From: Staphylothermus hellenicus DSM 12710
GTDB taxonomy: Archaea > Thermoproteota > Thermoprotei_A > Sulfolobales > Desulfurococcaceae
Reading direction: 5' to 3'
NCBI RefSeq assembly: GCF_000092465.1
Contig: NC_014205.1
Location: 900,001-932,000, forward strand
DNA: 32,000 nucleotides
Shown here piece after piece: positions 26,896 to 32,000 of the stretch. Every line of letters starts with the position of its first letter. Position 1 is the stretch's first letter. Made by a program: the position numbers and the translations under genes. The notes under the pieces are model-generated. The model was given only the letters and a program-made list of their open reading frames with translations. It had not been told where the DNA came from and did not search any database.

Positions 26896-27093
26896 TTACT
26901 TAGCATACTCCTTATATAACCAGCCCTTCTCAGTCCTAACAACAAGCCCAGCCTTCTTCAAATCCTGGAGTCTCCCACGAATAGTATTATAGTTTAGCCC
27001 TGTAATTTTCTGGATCTCCTTGGGAGACAATGGCCTCTTCTCCTTCTTAAGCACCTCTAATATTATCTCCTTCGCGGTCTTCCTCTCACTCAT
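26896..27093 (-). CDS. Small winged-helix DNA-binding protein (65 aa)
   Basis: ORF track 26896..27177. I prefer ATG 27091-27093 (MSERKTAKEIILEVLKKEKRPLSPKEIQKITGLNYNTIRGRLQDLKKAGLVVRTEKGW), with GGGGAG 8 nt upstream. Classic helix-turn-helix-wing layout. Confidence 0.65.
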   Translation of the reverse strand: MSERKTAKEIILEVLKKEKRPLSPKEIQKITGLNYNTIRGRLQDLKKAGLVVRTEKGWLYKEYAK

Positions 27094-27311
27094 AACAATC
27101 TCCCCACAAACAATCCTTAACCACATGATCCTTATGATTTCATGGTTATTAAACTTGATCCCAAACCTAACAACCAAGACAAAGACACAGAGAAATCAAA
27201 GCTAACACCACTAGAAAAACATTATAAACAAACCAGAAACAAAACCACCAAACCAGAAGAAATAAAGGGAAAAGAGGGGGTTCAACACATATTTTGAAAA
27301 GACCAGAAAAC

Positions 27312-27329
27312 GAGAACTCCCCGGTTCTC
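27312..27329. repeat. Hairpin/palindrome motif copy 1: GAGAAC-TCCCCG-GTTCTC
   Basis: Read directly: perfect 6-bp arms with a 6-nt C-rich loop. Same family as copies at 27376, 27614, 27764, 29409 and 30340. Confidence 0.8.
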
Positions 27330-27375
27330 AATATAGATGAAGGGCTTGATCATGTATTAGCCCCCCGCATAATTA

Positions 27376-27394
27376 GGGGAACCGGGGAGTTTCC
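27376..27394. repeat. Hairpin motif copy 2 (opposite orientation): GGGGAAC-CGGGGA-GTTTCC
   Basis: Read directly. The arms pair with one G:U if transcribed. Followed by ATGATC, as in other copies. Confidence 0.75.
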
Positions 27395-27424
27395 ATGATC
27401 TAGACATAATCCAATAGAAGCAGT

Positions 27425-27583
27425 AGCCCCCTCTACATGAAGTATTTTGTAGGAAATCCTAATAATGTATCTTATAAGAATGGAGAGCTGGAAACACCTT
27501 GAGCACCCTATATGTTTTTATAGAATCCCCCTAACAACACTTCAAGGATATGGATTATAACATGATCCATTTATGAGGGGGCT
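27425..27583. repeat. Long-range GC-rich inverted repeat AGCCCCCTC (27425-27433) / GAGGGGGCT (27575-27583)
   Basis: Perfect 9-bp complementarity, read directly. The G/C runs stand out against AT-rich surroundings. Confidence 0.7.
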
Positions 27584-27613
27584 GATGTGTTTAAAAGATA
27601 GTGTTTAAATAGT

Positions 27614-27631
27614 GAGAACCGAGGAGTTCTC
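27614..27631. repeat. Hairpin motif copy 3: GAGAAC-CGAGGA-GTTCTC
   Basis: Read directly: perfect 6-bp arms. Confidence 0.8.
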
Positions 27632-27661
27632 AAAAACATAAGCATCCCAAACAAAAACCAT

Positions 27662-27734
27662 AGCCCCCCTCACCAACTAGGAGAGATGAAAATCCAAGAG
27701 ATATCAATAAACGCTTTTTCATGAATAGGGGGCT
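27662..27734. repeat. GC-rich inverted repeat AGCCCCCCT (27662-27670) / AGGGGGCT (27727-27734)
   Basis: Complementary with one bulged C, about 56-nt loop. The flanking CAT...ATG extends the stem. Confidence 0.65.
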
Positions 27735-27763
27735 TTATGTTTTTACAGGATTAGATCTTGTTT

Positions 27764-27783
27764 GGGGAGCCGGGGGGTTCCCC
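27764..27783. repeat. Hairpin motif copy 4: GGGGAGC-CGGGGG-GTTCCCC
   Basis: Read directly. The arms pair with one G:U. Followed by ATAGATCAAC, which is mirrored at 30331-30340 in the right arm. Confidence 0.75.
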
Positions 27784-27917
27784 ATAGATCAACAAACATT
27801 AACAACCCTTACACCCCCCTCAACAAGAAACAATATCGATACATCTGTAAACAATAATACATAGAGCTTTCTTCTCAGATTTTTCTTTAGAAAAGCCTTG
27901 TATAAAAGTTGTTGGAG

Positions 27918-27923
27918 AAAAAA
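27918..27923 (-). terminator. Oligo-T tract downstream of the frameshifted pilin gene (candidate archaeal terminator)
   Basis: The minus strand reads TTTTTTCTCCAA about 22 nt after the stop. The same TTTTTTCTCCAA string follows the paralogue. Confidence 0.4.
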
Positions 27924-27944
27924 GAATAATGTGAAATATTTGTT

Positions 27945-28019
27945 TTATGGTAGTGTTACTGTTGCTGGATACTGTCCGCCGCTAGCAGTATGAATAAGAA
28001 TACTGACAGTCTCACCACT
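27945..28019. repeat. Left copy of 75-nt near-identical inverted repeat (3' end of frameshifted pilin gene)
   Basis: The reverse complement differs from 30101..30175 at 3 of 75 positions (hand alignment). Encodes SGETVSILIHTASGGQYPATVTLP*. Confidence 0.85.
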
Positions 28020-28735
28020 AGCAAATTCTTCGGTGACAATCGGGTTAAATTCGATTATGAAATCCACACTATCTAATTCACTTCCACTATCACTATCATA
28101 AAGTTTTATGTGCCATGTATAGATACCTGGATTCTCGGGCAACTGTACATTTTGTAAGGACAAATCATCCGATTGACCACTTGCAATTTCCTTTGTATCC
28201 GATGTTGCCGAAGGATTGGTTTCGGGAATCTCAACATAGACATTACGGCTACCCTGCTGTTCATCATTTTTAACCGTTACAGTTAATGTGGCTGTTGTAC
28301 CAGGCCCTCCAATGACTATATCGGGATACTTTGAAATATATACATTTGTATTGGCTGGCTTTTCTCTAGTAGTAGAATGGATCATTATTTGATCATTTAT
28401 TGGTTGGCCCGTGCGTGTTAGATAGAATAGTATTTCTGTTTTCTCTCCAGGGTTTAGTGTTTTGCTGTATGTTATTGTTCCTGGTTTGTTGTTTATGAAT
28501 ATATTGTCTATTGTTGCTGTTTTGTCCCTGTATTCTTAACTATTACATGAACTATCCAGTACTGATTATTACTACTATCTGTTTTGCTTTCAGCATAAGC
28601 ATTTACTACTTCTAGCTTCTCAACACCAGTAAAACTACCTGTTAATCCCGTGATCCACAATGCTACAGCTATGCTGATCGCTATAGCAACTGCTACTATG
28701 ATCACGGTTGCAATAACAGGTGATATAGCCTTCAT
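27945..28735 (-). pseudogene. Type IV pilin-like (class III signal peptide, Pilin_N) protein interrupted by a 1-nt frameshift; carries an extra Ig/CARDB-like module
   Basis: Track ORFs 28508..28735 (MKAISPVIATVIIVAVAIAISIAVALW...VKNTGTKQQQ*) and 27945..28385 are two frames of one gene. The second frame is open from 28530 and reads ...TATIDNIFINNKPG..., collinear with VKNTGTKPVTIDGVFINNKPG of the intact paralogue. Relative to that paralogue, one C of the Pro codon is missing next to 28519. Repaired length is 263 aa. Confidence 0.7.
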
Positions 28736-29408
28736 ATCGCTTACACCTCTTAATTCTCCCTTTTAATTATCCTCGTCATTACTTATTATATCCATGCATA
28801 CATATATGCTTAACTACTTAGATGAAAATTCTTCATGATCATCCAAGTCTATTTAATATGTATATTTTCATGTTTATTCAAAGATCCCATGGTTCTAGAT
28901 AATCTATAAGATATGGATGAGCTACGGATCCATAGAGAGGGATTGCAGATTTGTTCCCATATATGCTTCTTTTGAAAGATCCTAGATACATGTATAGGGT
29001 GCTGTGTCTTTATTAACTATACTGTAATAAGGATCAATGTGGCATGGTTTAGGCTTTAATAATGCTTATGAACTAGGTATTATGTTTCACAATAACATAA
29101 GTATTTATCTCAGCTGATTCATTATGGTTTATCAAGTGTGAAAATACAAAGTAAAATATGTGAAGCATGTTCTTCAACATAATTGTTGTAGTTTATTAGG
29201 AGAAATTGTATCTCTCAGAAAACATACCTCCTCACAGCATATAAAGAGCTTAAACACCACCCATACATTTCTCTCACATACACTATTCTCTTAAATATAA
29301 GATAGAATGAAACATGCATTACAACTAGCATTTACTAGGTTTTATCAGCCCCATCCCTCACTATCGGAAGAGGGGATTGGAGAAGGGTAAAGAACTCTCT
29401 CACAAAGT

Positions 29409-29425
29409 GGAAACCCCCGGTTCCC
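29409..29425. repeat. Hairpin motif copy 5: GGAAAC-CCCCG-GTTCCC (in the spacer between the two pilin genes)
   Basis: Read directly. GTGGAAACCCCCGGTTCCCATAG compares with the reverse complement of copy 2, ATGGAAACTCCCCGGTTCCCCTAA. Confidence 0.7.
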
Positions 29426-29489
29426 ATAGCATGACCCTGTCCAAAAACACGTAACCCTCTCCCATTAAAAACTATGATCTCTCCTCCCC

Positions 29490-29526
29490 CTGCTTCAGAA
29501 AAAGAAATTGATACTGAGCGAAGCAG
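29490..29526. repeat. Stem-loop CTGCTTC-N23-GAAGCAG in the inter-pilin spacer
   Basis: 7-bp perfect inverted repeat, read directly. About 125 nt upstream of the intact pilin start codon. Confidence 0.55.
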
Positions 29527-29650
29527 TGTTTTGAGACAGGATATAGATAAACATTTAAGCAAAACGTATTAGTTGTATAAAAACATGTATTAGTAATCAT
29601 AAACTTTAAATCATCAGATAAGAAGAATATTAGTATGGGTGATCATTTTT

Positions 29651-30175
29651 ATGAAGGCTGTAGATCCCGTTATTGCAACTGTTATTATTGTTGCTGTTGC
29701 TATTGCTATTAGTATAGCAGTAGCACTATGGATAACAGGATTAACAAGCAGCTTCACAGGCGTTGAGAAACTAGAAATAGTAAACGCATACGTAGTTAAT
29801 GTTGAGGATACTTCTCCTGATGATACAAGTGTAGATCATCCTGGATGGAATATAACTGTAATAGTTAAGAATACTGGGACAAAACCAGTAACAATAGATG
29901 GAGTATTCATAAACAATAAGCCTGGAGACGCTGGTAAAGTATATACCAAATATGTTTCTAATCCTTCTAGTGGTAATCCACATGATACAAATCCGGTGGG
30001 AGCAGGTTTAACAATAAATCCTGGGGAACAGAAAACATTATACTTTTATCTAAGTACTGTGGAAAATGACTCGAATAGTCCTGTAAGCGATAAATTCTCT
30101 AGTGGTGAGACTGTTAGTATTGTTATTCATACTGCTAGCGGTGGACAGTATCCAGCAACAGTAACACTACCATAA
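29651..30175 (+). CDS. Type IV pilin-like secreted protein (class III signal peptide, Pilin_N/DUF1628-type N-terminus)
   Basis: ORF track 29639..30175. I prefer ATG 29651 (MKA/VDPVIATVIIVAVAIAISIAVALWITG), which gives the short basic leader plus hydrophobic helix typical of prepilin-peptidase substrates. GGGTGA lies 9 nt upstream. Confidence 0.8.
   Translation: MKAVDPVIATVIIVAVAIAISIAVALWITGLTSSFTGVEKLEIVNAYVVNVEDTSPDDTSVDHPGWNITVIVKNTGTKPVTIDGVFINNKPGDAGKVYTKYVSNPSSGNPHDTNPVGAGLTINPGEQKTLYFYLSTVENDSNSPVSDKFSSGETVSIVIHTASGGQYPATVTLP
30101..30175. repeat. Right copy of 75-nt near-identical inverted repeat (3' end of intact pilin gene)
   Basis: 72/75 identical to the reverse complement of 27945..28019. 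Encodes SGETVSIVIHTASGGQYPATVTLP*. Confidence 0.85.
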
Positions 30176-30198
30176 GAAAGATAGAAGCTATTAAATAA

Positions 30199-30204
30199 TT
30201 TTTT
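30199..30204 (+). terminator. Oligo-T tract downstream of the intact pilin gene (candidate archaeal terminator)
   Basis: TTTTTTCTCCAA about 24 nt after the stop codon, conserved with the left arm. Confidence 0.4.
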
Positions 30205-30311
30205 CTCCAATATTTTTTCAGAGGGCTTTTCTTGAAAATATATTTGAGAGAAGCGTCTACGCATCGTTGTTTATGGTTGTATTGTTAATATGGTTTCTTG
30301 TTAAGGGGACG

Positions 30312-30529
30312 TGGGGGATTGCGATTTTTGTTGATCTATGGAAACTCCCTGTTCTCATTGATCAATGATTAATTCTTAACCGTACATGCGCCCTCAATGA
30401 ACTGTTTTTGCTGATGTCCTAGAGTCTTAATTGATGAGAGAATTAGGAGTTCATTTACATTTGTTATGGTTTGTTAGAAATCACTGATTTCCCGAATAGG
30501 TACAATGATCAAGTATGTTGCAACCCCCA
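30312..30529. repeat. GC-run inverted repeat TGGGGGATTGC (30312-30322) / GCAACCCCCA (30520-30529)
   Basis: Complementary with one bulged A. Lies in the flank downstream of the intact pilin gene. Confidence 0.55.
30340..30356. repeat. Hairpin motif copy 6: GGAAAC-TCCCTG-TTCTC (downstream of intact pilin gene)
   Basis: Read directly. It is the positional counterpart of copy 4 in the inverted duplication (shared GTTGATCTATGG context). Confidence 0.7.
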
Positions 30530-30593
30530 TATCTATGGAGTGCTGGGATTTTATTGTGTTTTGAAGTGCTTTGTATTTTTCCTGTATATTTGA

Positions 30594-32000
30594 TTAAGCG
30601 GTCTTTTGTTTTATGTGTTTTTGTATTTTTATGGTTAAGTATGCTGTGATGGTTGTTAATATGATTGTTGGGAGGGCTGAGAAGTGTATGATGTAGAAGC
30701 TCCATAGGCTGTGGTTTCCTATTATGTATAGGGTTAGGTACATGGTCCATATGGAGTAATATGATAGTAGGAGTTTTCTAAGCTTATCTATTCTTATAGT
30801 CCATGGCATAGTTATTATTCCTAGAATGAATCCACATAGGTAAACTATTGGTAAACCCATGCATTTCACTGGTTGATGATTTACTGGGTTTATCCATAAG
30901 GTGAAAGATTGCCTGCCTAGAAGCCAGTCTATCGGTGAAGATGAAATTGATCCTATGCTTTTTGTCGATAAGTGCCAATGTATAGCATCTACTATGGATG
31001 CTTGGAACCATTTCTGGAACCCATAATAGTTTATGAAAGGAACCGAGAACAGTATTAATAGTAATGGGAACACTACATAGTATCTGAGCAACGTTCCGAA
31101 AGCGTGTCTTAACTTGTAAAGAATATCTCCTCTTTGAAAGAATCCCTCAATGAATTCAGCTGGTGCAATGAATAATCCAGAAAATTTTATAAGACCTGCT
31201 AAGCTGAACAGAACTGTTCTAGCCACACTGGTTTTGAGTGAAGTGTATGGATATTTTATGAATACATAAACACCAACAACTGTAAATACTGCTAGGAAGG
31301 GATCTAGCATCGCTAATACTCCAACAGTGTGGTATGTATTATCAAAATACATGATAATAGGTGTTATGAGAGACAATAAGACAGCATGTTTTCCTCTAAG
31401 GAAAACTCTGAGTATCTCATATGTTATGAGATATGAGAATGAATATATGAGAGCTGTTGAAACAATACTTGGAATCCTCCAAGAAGCCGGGTTATCGCCT
31501 AATAAAACAATAGATAGCATAATAAAATACTTACCTAGAGGAGGATGTTCAAGGTTAAAGTATTCATTAATACCCCCCTTATCAGGCAAAGCCCATCCAG
31601 GAATAACATCTAAAACACTATAATTTAACCTATTAAAATCCCTAACAACATCGTTGATGGAGCAATTCTTCTTTAGAGAAACATATACAGCATTCAAACC
31701 ACCAACATATAAGCTCCTAGTAAAACTACGATTATCCTTCACAACAGTAACCCTAGCAACAAGTGAACCCCTATATTCATCTTCAACAAGACTAAAACAT
31801 AGCTGACCAGAAACACCATTTAAAATAGATGTATTAAAAGGCTTATCCAATACAACAGTATATAATGAACCAGCAGAACTATTCACCCTAATAGAGTCGT
31901 AACCAAAAATCTTATACAAAATATTCCTAGCAGAAGAAACATACCAAACCTCATCAGAGACATAACAACTCTTAAAACCAAAACCACGAAACAACTCATA
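30594..32000 (-). CDS. GT-C fold glycosyltransferase of the PMT/GT39-like (dolichyl/polyprenyl-phosphate-sugar dependent) family; 5' end beyond window
   Basis: ORF track 30594..31994; the frame stays open to the window edge. Loop-1 acidic motif SDEVWY, hallmark EHPPLGKY followed by WRIPS, more than 8 TM helices, and a late SSSPIDWLLGR block, as in PMT-family enzymes. Confidence 0.75.
   Translation of the reverse strand, partial: YELFRGFGFKSCYVSDEVWYVSSARNILYKIFGYDSIRVNSSAGSLYTVVLDKPFNTSILNGVSGQLCFSLVEDEYRGSLVARVTVVKDNRSFTRSLYVGGLNAVYVSLKKNCSINDVVRDFNRLNYSVLDVIPGWALPDKGGINEYFNLEHPPLGKYFIMLSIVLLGDNPASWRIPSIVSTALIYSFSYLITYEILRVFLRGKHAVLLSLITPIIMYFDNTYHTVGVLAMLDPFLAVFTVVGVYVFIKYPYTSLKTSVARTVLFSLAGLIKFSGLFIAPAEFIEGFFQRGDILYKLRHAFGTLLRYYVVFPLLLILFSVPFINYYGFQKWFQASIVDAIHWHLSTKSIGSISSSPIDWLLGRQSFTLWINPVNHQPVKCMGLPIVYLCGFILGIITMPWTIRIDKLRKLLLSYYSIWTMYLTLYIIGNHSLWSFYIIHFSALPTIILTTITAYLTIKIQKHIKQKTA

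Noticed and set aside
21801-27205. Antisense ORFs 21801..22085, 23236..23427, 23440..23658, 23942..24181, 24151..24444, 24831..25256, 25489..25716, 26399..26686, 27020..27205
   Set aside because: They lie opposite the M50 protease, the coupled four-gene operon, the HD hydrolase, the small membrane protein and the wHTH gene. The sense genes have motif, coupling or hydrophobicity support and these do not. ORF 26399..26686 is the least clear-cut of the set.
28508-28530. Programmed -1 ribosomal frameshifting in the left pilin gene
   Set aside because: The overlap window lacks a canonical X XXY YYZ slippery heptamer (the sequence is GGG ACA AAA CAG). Comparison with the paralogue points to a simple loss of one C in a CCA codon. 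A mutation or sequencing error is more parsimonious.
29335-29562. 75-aa minus-strand ORF in the inter-pilin spacer
   Set aside because: It has no SD or TATA context and starts at a non-ATG codon. It coincides exactly with the GC-richer repeat-derived patch that contains hairpin copy 5. The open frame is most simply a by-product of local base composition.
27945-30175. Site-specific invertible switch (fim/hin-like) between the inverted 75-nt repeats
   Set aside because: No recombinase or invertase gene lies in or next to the segment. Inversion across repeats at the 3' ends of both genes would leave both coding regions and promoters unchanged. Homologous recombination or gene conversion remains possible (see findings).
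30432-30488. Possible C/D-box sRNA (TGATGA at 30432, CTGA at 30485)
   Set aside because: There are no convincing internal D'/C' boxes and no terminal stem. The corresponding position in the homologous left arm lacks the boxes. This is likely a chance occurrence.
27181-30593. CRISPR array interpretation of the repeated hairpin motif
   Set aside because: The copies have irregular spacing (62, 238, 151 nt and more), mixed orientations and variable sequence, and they are only 17-20 nt long. There are no cas genes. This is not a CRISPR array.
29771-31623. ORFs 29771..29983, 30481..30750, 30784..31011, 31327..31623
   Set aside because: They lie antisense or out of frame within the intact pilin gene and the GT-C glycosyltransferase gene. 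Their His/Asn/Lys- or Tyr/Ile-rich low-complexity translations mark them as shadows.
1-32000. tRNA, rRNA, transposase, integrase or prophage signatures
   Set aside because: By eye there is no about 75-nt GC-rich cloverleaf-like segment, no rRNA-like conserved block, and no DDE, tyrosine or serine recombinase motif in any frame. A tRNAscan/Infernal run would be needed for certainty.

Overview
AT-rich, tightly packed archaeal chromosomal segment. My best guess is a hyperthermophilic crenarchaeon of the Desulfurococcales type. That guess rests on Pilin_N class III signal peptides, a Tfx regulator, an archaeal-type NMN adenylyltransferase, TATA-to-ATG spacing typical of leaderless mRNAs, and recurrent GGTGA Shine-Dalgarno use inside operons. 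I support about 36 protein-coding genes. By eye I see no tRNA or rRNA gene, no CRISPR array, and no transposase or integrase.

The recognisable core genes are:
- metG (5' part) and a B12-type radical SAM operon with a wHTH regulator
- a hot-dog thioesterase and an M55 (DppA-like) peptidase
- the beta subunit of a Na+-translocating decarboxylase plus an OadG-like fusion protein
- a LOG/TIGR00725-like protein
- a COG1205 helicase with a DUF1998 zinc module plus a small zinc ribbon protein
- TldD/PmbA, BirA, a YkgJ-type CxxCxxCC protein, NMNAT and an S2P/M50 protease
- a SAMHD1-like HD hydrolase with a stub nucleotidyltransferase

The most unusual region is 26.9-32.0 kb. Two divergently transcribed type IV pilin-like paralogues lie in a roughly 3.3 kb imperfect inverted duplication.
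- One copy is frameshifted and carries an extra Ig/CARDB-like module.
- The last 75 nt of the two genes are nearly identical, although their 5' ends are saturated with synonymous changes.
- The homology runs about 300 bp into the non-coding flanks.
- The locus holds six copies of an 18-nt hairpin/palindrome motif (GAGAAC-N6-GTTCTC type) and several G5-6/C5-6 long-range inverted repeats.
- It is bordered by a small wHTH gene and a PMT/GT39-like GT-C glycosyltransferase.

Other candidates for new biology are a 549-aa protein with a C-terminal PIN domain and a CARF-like N-terminal Rossmann region, located next to tfx, and a translationally coupled four-gene operon of unknowns at 22.5-24.4 kb.

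All functional calls come from motif recognition by eye; no database search was possible.
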